Shown in pieces: positions 28,319 through 37,221 of a DNA stretch of 64,000 bases (position 1 is the stretch's first letter; the number at the start of each line of letters is the position of its first letter). The translations under genes and the position numbers were made by a program. The notes below the pieces were generated by a model. That model was given only the letters and a program-made list of their open reading frames with translations. It was not told where the DNA came from and did not search any database. The stretch comes from a virus (Duplodnaviria > Caudoviricetes), in IMG/VR virus record IMGVR_UViG_3300028888_000047, positions 96,001 through 160,000 of that record; one strand, given 5' to 3'.

Positions 28319-29509
28319 TTATATTTTCACACCAAGTTCCTCAAAATGAAGTTCTTTTGTGGCTATTTCAAATAACTCATTATTACCCATATGTTTCCCA
28401 AGGTCATCTGAAATCTTAATTACAAGCTCCCAGAAATCACGTGGACTATAACGACATTTAGAAAGCTTCATTACAATATTAGCAGGTTTATAGCCATCTA
28501 TACCTAAATCACAGGTAATGTTTGTGCCAATTCCCGCTGATACTTTTATTCTTCCTTTGAAATACTTAGCAATTTCTGCATATTTTTCAAAATCAAGTGC
28601 ATTACTAAATACTATTGTTTTAGTTGTTGGGTCAATACGGAGTTCTTTAAGTTTGTCAATAATCATATTTCCAATCTTGAATTCATCACCGCTATCTTGG
28701 CGGAATCCATCAAACAATTTAGCTTGGTGAAGAGTTAATGTGTGCAAGAATGATGCAGTTGAATATGTATCCACAAGTGCTACTCCAAGGTCTCCACCAA
28801 AAACAGATGCCCATGCGTTAAGAGCGTTGAAATTTGCGGTTTTAAACCCACCTATACCGGCGTGGAACATAAACCATTCATGCGCCTGTGTTCCAATTGG
28901 TGTCATTTTATATTTCATCGCGAAATATACGTTAGAAGTACCTGTGCAATAAACAGGACAACGTTCTTTAAGGCGTTTTACAATAGCTTCGTGAGAACTT
29001 GCGGAAGCCCGGCGACGAGTTCCAAAATCAGCGAAATAAAGTTGATGCTCATTGGCGAAATCAATTTTTTTATCAAGAATGTCTATCACCTTCTTCAAAT
29101 CAATATTTACTCCAAGGTATTTGTTACGGCATTCAGCAACAATAGCAAGGATAGGCACTTCATAAAGAGTTACCTTATACATCTTGTCAGTAACTTCAAT
29201 GTGAAGATGTCCTTCTTCGTCAATCCAACATTTAATTTTATCCAATTCGAATTGGAATCCTTTAAGCCATTCTGTATAATTGGTGGCTAAATAACGAATA
29301 TTGGAAACGTATATATACTCTTCAGTTGTAAGTTTCAACTGACAAAGTTTAGCAAATTCCAATTGAAGCATTTCCAAGAATTTCTTATCATACTTCTCAT
29401 TATTGCGGTCATTAAATGTAAATGTGCCTTCTGCATCTGGGTATAGCTTAAAATATGCATTAGACATACTAAGCTTATATACATCTGTATCAAGAATACT
29501 GTATATCAT
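28319..29509 (-). CDS. pncB: nicotinate phosphoribosyltransferase
   Basis: LDTDVYKLSM, DFGTRRR, GTSNV, GTQAHEW, DTY, RQDSGD, GIGT, KISD. Confidence 0.95.
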   Translation of the reverse strand: MIYSILDTDVYKLSMSNAYFKLYPDAEGTFTFNDRNNEKYDKKFLEMLQLEFAKLCQLKLTTEEYIYVSNIRYLATNYTEWLKGFQFELDKIKCWIDEEGHLHIEVTDKMYKVTLYEVPILAIVAECRNKYLGVNIDLKKVIDILDKKIDFANEHQLYFADFGTRRRASASSHEAIVKRLKERCPVYCTGTSNVYFAMKYKMTPIGTQAHEWFMFHAGIGGFKTANFNALNAWASVFGGDLGVALVDTYSTASFLHTLTLHQAKLFDGFRQDSGDEFKIGNMIIDKLKELRIDPTTKTIVFSNALDFEKYAEIAKYFKGRIKVSAGIGTNITCDLGIDGYKPANIVMKLSKCRYSPRDFWELVIKISDDLGKHMGNNELFEIATKELHFEELGVKI

Positions 29510-29519
29510 TTCCTAAATA

Positions 29520-29945
29520 TTATTTAAAAAAAGTTATTACTAAATCGTATTTTTCTCTAAAAAAAGCTTGTGCTTTATGCCCTTTAAAAATTTCTTCATC
29601 CATTTTTTCAACTACTTCAATGAATATTTTCTTATTCAATGAACATCTTCTTAATATGTTAAAAACAAGTATTTGAGCAAAATGTCTTTTATCATTAATT
29701 GCTGTGCGAACTGAATAAATTCTATTGATATTATCAAACCCATGTTCTTTAGTAATTTCAATGACATTTTCAGTATTAGCAATTAAATTACGCATAGACG
29801 AATCATAAAAAAAAAACAAACTGGATTTATTTTTAGCACCAAGTTTTTTTTTCAAAGTTGAATAAAACCCAAATTCTTTGGAACAACGAAATAGTTTTTT
29901 AGCTATTTCGTCATCCCAAAAAGCTTTAAATTTTAAAAATTCCAT
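29520..29945 (-). CDS. hypothetical protein
   Basis: 141 aa ORF. Confidence 0.65.
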   Translation of the reverse strand: MEFLKFKAFWDDEIAKKLFRCSKEFGFYSTLKKKLGAKNKSSLFFFYDSSMRNLIANTENVIEITKEHGFDNINRIYSVRTAINDKRHFAQILVFNILRRCSLNKKIFIEVVEKMDEEIFKGHKAQAFFREKYDLVITFFK

Positions 29946-29948
29946 TAT

Positions 29949-30884
29949 TTAATATATTGGTTCAATATTTTCGTTGTACCAATCATTGAATTCTTTAAAC
30001 TCTTCGTCTGTGAATTCTTTTCTAACTGAGTTCCATTTATTATAGTCACAATGTTTAATTTTGACTATAATTCTATTACCTCTTTCATCTTTGATTGGAA
30101 CAGTAGGTCTTGCTACAATACCTTCCTCAATAAGAGTAGGGTCTTTTACCCCTTCCACCTTTGTTGTAAAGCCATCAGTTACCATCTTTTCGAATTCAGC
30201 AAGAGTGCCAATACCAATGAAAGGAACAGTCTTTAGTCCAAGACCTTTGCAATAGGCATCGCGCACATCTTTCGGAACCCACCATCCTTGTACCTCTATA
30301 TCGAACACTTGAAAATCGTTTTTATCAAAATAGCGCCCTCCACATTTCTGAATGCCTTGGCCAAAGTACTCTCCATAGATATACACGGGAATTTCCTCAA
30401 GTTCTATGCCAACATTTTTTAAACCTGAAAGGCTTTCATTATCTACTTTTTTAAAAGCAACTACAGGGTTAAAAGCCGTGGCATATTCAATTTCTGTTGC
30501 ATAATATTGAATCTTATTAGTTTCAACATTTTTGACAGGAGCAAAACGTGCAGTTTCTTTTGGGAACATCTTTTCAAGTTCAGGTTTAATCCTATCTGCA
30601 ATTTCTTGAAGCATTTCAAATTGACCATGTTGAGAAGATGCTTTATCGGTTTTACCGCCAACCATTATTTGGTTAGTTGATGGGAAATAACAAATCTTGG
30701 AGTTTGTTCCATCAATTTTGCTATATCCTTCAAAAAGGCAGTCCTTAAGATAGCCAAACGCCGGGTCCGAATAACAGCCCATTATGATTTGGTTTTGGAA
30801 CTTATGCCATTTTGGGTTAGGGCATTTATCGCCTAAATGTTTGTATCTTTTATACAATGTTTGTATTTTACTGTAAGTTTCCAT
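29949..30884 (-). CDS. Rnl2-like ATP-dependent RNA ligase
   Basis: KIDGTN, YGEYFG, FQVFDI, EEGIVARP, IVKIK. Confidence 0.85.
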   Translation of the reverse strand: METYSKIQTLYKRYKHLGDKCPNPKWHKFQNQIIMGCYSDPAFGYLKDCLFEGYSKIDGTNSKICYFPSTNQIMVGGKTDKASSQHGQFEMLQEIADRIKPELEKMFPKETARFAPVKNVETNKIQYYATEIEYATAFNPVVAFKKVDNESLSGLKNVGIELEEIPVYIYGEYFGQGIQKCGGRYFDKNDFQVFDIEVQGWWVPKDVRDAYCKGLGLKTVPFIGIGTLAEFEKMVTDGFTTKVEGVKDPTLIEEGIVARPTVPIKDERGNRIIVKIKHCDYNKWNSVRKEFTDEEFKEFNDWYNENIEPIY

Positions 30885-31310
30885 TTATTCTTTCTCCTCT
30901 TCGTATTGGTTAATTTTCTCGTTAATTTGGTCAAGCTTTGATTTATTGCGTTCGATGCGTTTCATAAGTTTATCAGTATCTTTACTGTCCTTATCTAACT
31001 TTTTCAAAGCATCTTTATCAGCCTTTATTCTTTCTTCCAAAGTTTCAGCACGTTTAATCCATGCATTATATTGTTCGTCAGATGGTTCATCAATATCATC
31101 ATCATCAACAGTAGCTGGAGAAATAAACTCATCTTTAACGCCATACCTCACTTCTCTGTATACTGGTTTTCCGCCTCTCATTCCATCATACTCGTTAACG
31201 TAGAAAGAATGGCCATCATCACTCCAAGGCTCAATATAAAAACCTTCAACGACTCTACCTGTTGGTAATGTAGCCACAACTGGCTGATTCTTTTTGAAAC
31301 TTTGTACCAT
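30885..31310 (-). CDS. hypothetical protein with coiled-coil C-terminus
   Basis: 141 aa ORF. Confidence 0.7.
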   Translation of the reverse strand: MVQSFKKNQPVVATLPTGRVVEGFYIEPWSDDGHSFYVNEYDGMRGGKPVYREVRYGVKDEFISPATVDDDDIDEPSDEQYNAWIKRAETLEERIKADKDALKKLDKDSKDTDKLMKRIERNKSKLDQINEKINQYEEEKE

Positions 31311-31321
31311 ATTTATATTTT

Positions 31322-31909
31322 TTAAAAAACTTTTTTGACCTCAATATAATCACTTTTTTCAAGGAATTCCATGAATTTATTTTCATCCATGAATCCAACA
31401 AAATCGATTAGTACATTGATTTTAATGTTAGGGAATTCCCTGTGGAAATCTTCTATTGAATCCTTTACGCAATATACGTCAGCTATGCCACAAAAATCTA
31501 CCTCAGTAACCCCAAGTGAATCTACAAGAGCGTGTATCTTCTTATTAGACTTTTCGTTTCTCATAACAGAGTATTCCTCGCGGTCTTCATCAGTACCCTT
31601 TGTAAACACATGATGGTCAATTCCCAAGTCGTTCACAATATCAATTATTGGCTGATATATTGCAGCGCCACATGTATATTCCTGACAATGTATTGGCCAA
31701 ATACCTCCATTTTGTTTAAATGAACAATGTGTTATAGGATGGAAGTCAGCCGAATCCCATATAGAAATATATTCTTTACCATGCTCTTTCAAGTAGAATG
31801 GCATTTTATTAAACTTTTCTATAGTTCCCTTTACTGCTAATTTTCCATTATCGAGAAAATCTTTTTGAATATCAATTCTGAATAAAACTTTTGAAACCTT
31901 TTTTTCCAT
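31322..31909 (-). CDS. pncA: nicotinamidase (isochorismatase family)
   Basis: IDIQKDF, DFHP..H, WPIHC, KG..EYS, GIA..YCV. Confidence 0.9.
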   Translation of the reverse strand: MEKKVSKVLFRIDIQKDFLDNGKLAVKGTIEKFNKMPFYLKEHGKEYISIWDSADFHPITHCSFKQNGGIWPIHCQEYTCGAAIYQPIIDIVNDLGIDHHVFTKGTDEDREEYSVMRNEKSNKKIHALVDSLGVTEVDFCGIADVYCVKDSIEDFHREFPNIKINVLIDFVGFMDENKFMEFLEKSDYIEVKKVF

Positions 31910-31910
31910 A

Positions 31911-32336
31911 TTATTCTTTTTTTAAATTTTCAATTTTTTCTTCCAACTCCTTATAAAGTGGGCTTTTATTTTTTCCAATGTATGATTTCAGACTATCAAA
32001 TTCACTTATAATTTCTTTTTTTGAACAACATGGTCTGTTTTCCAAATATATTTTTTCGTTAAAGCATTTAATTTCCCATAGAATACTAATAATCCACCAG
32101 AAACCATCGCCTTCTTTTGTTCTAGACCAAGTGCAGAAAACGGTTGAATTTTGTATCCATTTACAAGGTGAGTCAAGTGTAGAAGTTAAAAGTTCTTTAA
32201 ATGTATATTTTTTCCTTTCTTTTTTATGAAACCCATATATAGAATCATACGTAGTGTGTAAAGCAAGCATTCTGCTATAAAGCCCACGCTCTTTCATAAA
32301 ACGTTTATATCGTTTTAGTGCTTCATTAAATTTCAT
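31911..32336 (-). CDS. FxWxxTxEGxxFW paralog family protein
   Basis: YKRFMKERGLY..FCTWSRTKEGDGFW. Confidence 0.7.
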   Translation of the reverse strand: MKFNEALKRYKRFMKERGLYSRMLALHTTYDSIYGFHKKERKKYTFKELLTSTLDSPCKWIQNSTVFCTWSRTKEGDGFWWIISILWEIKCFNEKIYLENRPCCSKKEIISEFDSLKSYIGKNKSPLYKELEEKIENLKKE

Positions 32337-33766
32337 TAAACAACTGTTTTTATGTATTCTTCAACACATTTGAATAGTTCTTCTTTTGTTATATCAGGCT
32401 TCTCAATAACCTTATTTTTTACCCTATTCATTAATATTCCAATTGCTTTTCCTGGCTTCAAGTTAAATTCTTGCATTATATCATTTCCGGAAATTGGAAT
32501 TTTCAACTGCTTTCCGCTTTCTTGTTTACTCTTTTTATCGAGTTCAGCGATTTTTTGTTTAAGTCCAGGAACAAACTTAACCTTTTTGCCATACATTTGT
32601 GTTATGTTATTGGCGTGCATAAGGTCCAAAGCCACTTCCAAATCTTTATCGTTACCGTCAAATTTAACAACGAATTTTCTAATCACGGCTGGCCTTGGAA
32701 TACTTCCTCCCATATAAGTTGAAAATGATTCGTGCGTCTCAATAGCCTTTTTGACAGTTTCTATTGTGGCGTTGGAATATTTCATTGCTTTCATTATATC
32801 CTCTGCCATATCAGCCCCAATTTGCGAATGGAACATAAATCCCTTATCGTATGTTTTGAGTTTTCCAATATCATGGAATAAAGCTGCTAATCTAGTTTCA
32901 ATCACCTTTGGCGTTTTGTCAAGTGTTTCAAGAGTGTGCTGATACAAAGTCCTTATTGGTCTTATATCCTGATATACGTGTTTACTCATTGAAATGGATG
33001 GCAGCACAATATGAAGGCAATTACATCTATCCATTTTTTGTATTGCTTCGCTTGGATTATCACACAAGAGCATTTTATTGATTTCGTCAGTAACTCTCTC
33101 TTGCGTCAACTTTTTGATTTCATTGCGATTTGTAATCATTCCAAGCCAAGTTTTTCTTTCAATACCCCAACCTAGTCTTGCAGAAAATCTAATAACACGT
33201 AGGATTCTAAGTGGGTCATCTGAGAAGACAACATCAGGTTCTCCAGTGCATCTGAGTATCTGATTTTTCATATCATCAAGACCCATTTTTGTGATGTCAC
33301 ATATTTCATCGGTACTTATGTTGTAGTACAATGCATTTATTGTGAGGTCACGTCTCATTGCATCTTCTTCAATAGTACCATATGCTGTGGCTGGGTTTCT
33401 TGATTCTTTGTTGTATTTTTCTTTTCTCGTTTGGACGCACTCAATTTCAATATCACTTAGTTCTGTGTCATTAAACAATTGGAATTTAGCGGTTCCATAG
33501 TTAGGAAACACTACAGGATTTTTACTATTAATGTAATTTCCCGTGTGATAAGTTACCCATGTTGCAAATGTTATACCACCATCAGGAGCTTTTACAACAA
33601 TATCAACGTCATGTGGGTCATAGTTTTCTGAAAGAAAAAAGTCCCTTACACAACCGCCAACTAAATAAACATTATTTTCGTAGATTGAACCTTTAATTAG
33701 TTCTTTAAGTCTATCTACAAGTTTTCCAACTTTGGAATTAGGGTGCTTTTCTAATATCTTATTCAT
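32336..33766 (-). CDS. cca: CCA tRNA nucleotidyltransferase with HD domain
   Basis: VGGCVRD, DVD, RRDLTINA, DDPLRILR, ER, HDIGK. Confidence 0.93.
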   Translation of the reverse strand: MNKILEKHPNSKVGKLVDRLKELIKGSIYENNVYLVGGCVRDFFLSENYDPHDVDIVVKAPDGGITFATWVTYHTGNYINSKNPVVFPNYGTAKFQLFNDTELSDIEIECVQTRKEKYNKESRNPATAYGTIEEDAMRRDLTINALYYNISTDEICDITKMGLDDMKNQILRCTGEPDVVFSDDPLRILRVIRFSARLGWGIERKTWLGMITNRNEIKKLTQERVTDEINKMLLCDNPSEAIQKMDRCNCLHIVLPSISMSKHVYQDIRPIRTLYQHTLETLDKTPKVIETRLAALFHDIGKLKTYDKGFMFHSQIGADMAEDIMKAMKYSNATIETVKKAIETHESFSTYMGGSIPRPAVIRKFVVKFDGNDKDLEVALDLMHANNITQMYGKKVKFVPGLKQKIAELDKKSKQESGKQLKIPISGNDIMQEFNLKPGKAIGILMNRVKNKVIEKPDITKEELFKCVEEYIKTVV

Positions 33767-34761
33767 TTCAAATCAACCATTTCAATTGGGGTGAAAAATT
33801 TTGCCAATTCTGTTCTATCATAATAGAACGCCAAATCATTGTCATTTACTTCAATGCCATTGATAAGCTTGTATGTCTGAGGGAAATAAACCTCATTTGC
33901 GCATTTATATTCGTTTTTGCCTGTATTGTGACGTTTAACAAACACATTCATTATTTTATCAGATGCTTGTGTTTTGAAATGATAGCATACAAGTTCGAAG
34001 AACTCCATTTTAACATCAATTCCTGTTAAACCTTTGATACTATCTTCTGAAACGTATTTGCTACAAGCACTTATAGCGTCTTTGTAATTTAATCCTGATT
34101 TTAGCTTATATATAACCTCATCATTATTTAGAGAAAATAAATCAAACCATTTAATTATAGGGGTCTGCCTTATTGTTTCTTCAACAATACCCATTAATAT
34201 TTTTTCATATTTCGTGGTTCTATTTGGATTCAGTTTACCAAATATAATTTCTCTTGTTTTTTTGGAATTTATGGCAATTTCTATGTCAGTAAACTTACGC
34301 ATAAAATCCTCATAAGTATCACAATCAAAAACAATTGCTGGATTAATCCATTTAAGAGTTTGAAAATTAGCTTTTTTCATATCAAATGATAAGAAATAGT
34401 TACTTCCCTCTTTTACTTGCTCCTGCGTATAAAGATTAATATCGCCTATAACTGGAACATATTCTTTAATTTCTTTCGTTATCTTTTCATCAGATAAAAA
34501 ATCCTTATATGCCTTAGAATTAGAAACGGTCGCTATAATATTGTTTCTGAGAGTATGATAAGCTTCCAAGAATTCTTCAACGCTTTTATAATTTTCTTGT
34601 ACGTATTTAACATATTTTAAATACGAATCCATATAGCCGAATTCATTTAGAATGATTAATCTTTCAGTGAAATATGGCTCCGTTAGTACTTGTACAGGTA
34701 CTCTGTAGTCTTCACAAAATCTGTGTCTTAACAGCTTTAAACTATGTTCATTCATTTCCAT
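33763..34761 (-). CDS. hypothetical protein with possible polymerase-palm-like motifs
   Basis: SFDMKKANF and NNDEVI. Confidence 0.6.
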   Translation of the reverse strand: MEMNEHSLKLLRHRFCEDYRVPVQVLTEPYFTERLIILNEFGYMDSYLKYVKYVQENYKSVEEFLEAYHTLRNNIIATVSNSKAYKDFLSDEKITKEIKEYVPVIGDINLYTQEQVKEGSNYFLSFDMKKANFQTLKWINPAIVFDCDTYEDFMRKFTDIEIAINSKKTREIIFGKLNPNRTTKYEKILMGIVEETIRQTPIIKWFDLFSLNNDEVIYKLKSGLNYKDAISACSKYVSEDSIKGLTGIDVKMEFFELVCYHFKTQASDKIMNVFVKRHNTGKNEYKCANEVYFPQTYKLINGIEVNDNDLAFYYDRTELAKFFTPIEMVDLK

Positions 34762-34781
34762 ACCTTTTTATACTTTTTCAG

Positions 34782-34837
34782 CAAAGATACAAAAAAAACG
34801 CGGAATAAACAAATATTCCACGTTAAATAATGTTAAA
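34782..34837 (-). promoter_or_regulatory. fused terminator-promoter cassette (copy 6)
   Basis: AACGTGGAATA-TTTGTT-TATTCCGCGTT, T-run, TATCTTTG. Confidence 0.75.
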
Positions 34838-35605
34838 TCATCCTTCAGTAATACAATATTCGTATATTGTCACTAAATCATCGTCTTTCAACGGCGCAAT
34901 AAACCTTTCTACGAACTCACTTATCCATTTGTTTTCATCTGATTCATCATCAACATCAACCCATCCCTTGTCGCTTAAAAAAGCGTAGTTCCAATAAGCA
35001 CAATTATGAGAAACAAATTCATCTACATTTTTAAAATTAGATAAATAATTTTTCTTTGTTTTCCAATTGGCTTTTAAGTTTTCTTCTTCCGGCGTTGATG
35101 GAGAATCATCATCAACAACTAAAGCCCATATCTTTTCGAATAATTTAACATATGATTCATTCATATGCATACTATCCCAGTCAACATCTTTGGCTAATGC
35201 TTGATACACTTCTTTACCATTTTTTAATTTCAAAGGATAAGAAAAGTTTTTTCCTAAATTGTATTTATCCCATTTACCATTAGGATTTTCTTCGCTCAAT
35301 GCGTTCCCATCTTCGTCATAATACAATCCTTCAGTAACAGTCCTATAATATTCAAAAGAACTCATTGCATTGATTGCTTTTAACCTTTCCTTGAAATAGT
35401 CAATTTGGAATTTATTTAAAGTGAATTTTTCTGGCTTGCTTGTGATTTCAGTTAGCATCTTGGATGAGTTTTCTTTCATTTTTTCTGCATCCAAGTATTT
35501 GTATTTTATATATGGCTTAACCTTGAGAGCTTTGTCGTATTTCTCCATTAATTTTTCAGGATTATTTCCGACAACCATAACTGATAAAAATTTACTTTTT
35601 GCCAT
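34838..35605 (-). CDS. conserved hypothetical phage protein
   Basis: NPNGKWD..Y and GW..W..F..L.DDDLVTIY pattern. Confidence 0.75.
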   Translation of the reverse strand: MAKSKFLSVMVVGNNPEKLMEKYDKALKVKPYIKYKYLDAEKMKENSSKMLTEITSKPEKFTLNKFQIDYFKERLKAINAMSSFEYYRTVTEGLYYDEDGNALSEENPNGKWDKYNLGKNFSYPLKLKNGKEVYQALAKDVDWDSMHMNESYVKLFEKIWALVVDDDSPSTPEEENLKANWKTKKNYLSNFKNVDEFVSHNCAYWNYAFLSDKGWVDVDDESDENKWISEFVERFIAPLKDDDLVTIYEYCITEG

Positions 35606-35608
35606 GTA

Positions 35609-37066
35609 TTATATTTCCCTATTTTGCGTTACTGTATTCACCATGTTCGTTGTACTAGCAATAGTATATGGCTCAATTCTAATGCGGTTTGTACCGTATC
35701 TTCTGTCCAATTCTTCCCTTAATTGCGTAACAACGGATGCCGGTATTTGGGCTTGGGCGGTTGCGTCGTTTTGCTGTTCTACAACAGCCCCTACATCTGC
35801 TATCCCATTTCCTTCATTCATAGCGACTTGTTCGAATGCTTCTCCTTCATCTTCGCCAACAGCATTATCGTTTACAAGAAGTGGTTCAGCATCAAAAAGG
35901 TCTACGGCTTCCTCTTCTGCTTCATCTACCAACCCCATAGCGTCGTTAAATCTATATTCAAAAATCGGTCGTTCTGGGGGGTCTAATGGCTGTATTATTT
36001 GCCTACCACCAAGAGCATCCGGCTCTTTTGCTTTTTTATTTTTGAATATGACTTTTTTATGCCCTTCGTTTTGAGTAAAAGAAATAATATCATCATCAAT
36101 AGAAATGGGATTAAAGCCATCGCCTAAAGCTCTAAAAATAGTTCCTGCCCTTTTCTCAATATGGCATAAGTCAAAATGGCCATAAGCCCAATATTTAGGA
36201 CTCATTCCTTTATCTCTTAAATGCTCGAAGATTCTATCAAAAACTTTTCTTTCTTCCCTAATATCATCAGCTAATGAAGCGTCCCTTTCTGTCCATTCAT
36301 CAAAGCCACTATGTGTTTCTGGGTTAACAAACGATGGAGCAGTGTGTGATACAACGCAATCTATTTTAACGTTGTTGGCTATGTCTTCAATAGCATTGTT
36401 GTCGAATATTGGTGCTTCATTTTTCCAATAGATGGTCTTTTTCTTTGTTGTAGAAAACCTATTAATTCTTTCTTCTTGCTTTATTCTCCATGTTCTATCA
36501 AGAGATATTGCTCCGCCAACGCATAATATATTTTTATCCATCGCGCTAACAACAGAATAGTCAGGAATAGCTTTAATATTTGATAAATTAATGGCTTCGC
36601 CATCAAAATATGAAGGGTCGTCATGATTTCCCCTCACAAAAATCAAATATGAATTATTATATGATAAAATTCTATTAAACCTATCAAAAAGGTCTTCATA
36701 ATATTTTGGCTTATTAAAGCCTATTCCGCAATCTCCTGCAATTATAAAAATAGAATCAGAAAAAGCAGATGTCATCATTTTTTTTGCTTTTCTAATAGCA
36801 TCTTCAAATGTTGAATTACTCAAAGTTGTATATCCGCCATCGTAAATCGTAGCAAATGTATGCCTATCGTGATGCAATAGCCTTGCTGCTTGCTCTTTTG
36901 CTGCTTTTCTGGCTTGCCTTTCTAATTCCTTTGGATGAGGCTTGTCTTCATCTTCTGTTTTGACTGAAAGACCATTTTTGATGCCATTAAAGAATGTTTT
37001 AAATTCTCCATGACAATCTCCTAAAACGAAGATATTTTTAATCTTTTCAAATGTATAAGTTCTCAT
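35609..37066 (-). CDS. metallophosphoesterase with acidic C-terminal tail
   Basis: GDCHG, GDCG, RGNHD, GGAISLD, SHTAP, GHF. Confidence 0.9.
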   Translation of the reverse strand: MRTYTFEKIKNIFVLGDCHGEFKTFFNGIKNGLSVKTEDEDKPHPKELERQARKAAKEQAARLLHHDRHTFATIYDGGYTTLSNSTFEDAIRKAKKMMTSAFSDSIFIIAGDCGIGFNKPKYYEDLFDRFNRILSYNNSYLIFVRGNHDDPSYFDGEAINLSNIKAIPDYSVVSAMDKNILCVGGAISLDRTWRIKQEERINRFSTTKKKTIYWKNEAPIFDNNAIEDIANNVKIDCVVSHTAPSFVNPETHSGFDEWTERDASLADDIREERKVFDRIFEHLRDKGMSPKYWAYGHFDLCHIEKRAGTIFRALGDGFNPISIDDDIISFTQNEGHKKVIFKNKKAKEPDALGGRQIIQPLDPPERPIFEYRFNDAMGLVDEAEEEAVDLFDAEPLLVNDNAVGEDEGEAFEQVAMNEGNGIADVGAVVEQQNDATAQAQIPASVVTQLREELDRRYGTNRIRIEPYTIASTTNMVNTVTQNREI

Positions 37067-37221
37067 AATTACAAAAAATTAATTCGATTTAAAACAACTT
37101 TTAACTATTTTATACAAATATACAAAAAAAGTTTAATAAAAAGAATTTGTTTACTAAAAAAATAAGCACCATTAACATTAATTAACGATGCTTATTTTTT
37201 TAAAAACTCAAACAATTTCAA

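Noticed and set aside
28319-29509. Nampt (NARP2) assignment
   Set aside because: Motifs (DFGTRRR, GTQAHEW, RQDSGD, KISD) and a nearby nicotinamidase indicate PncB
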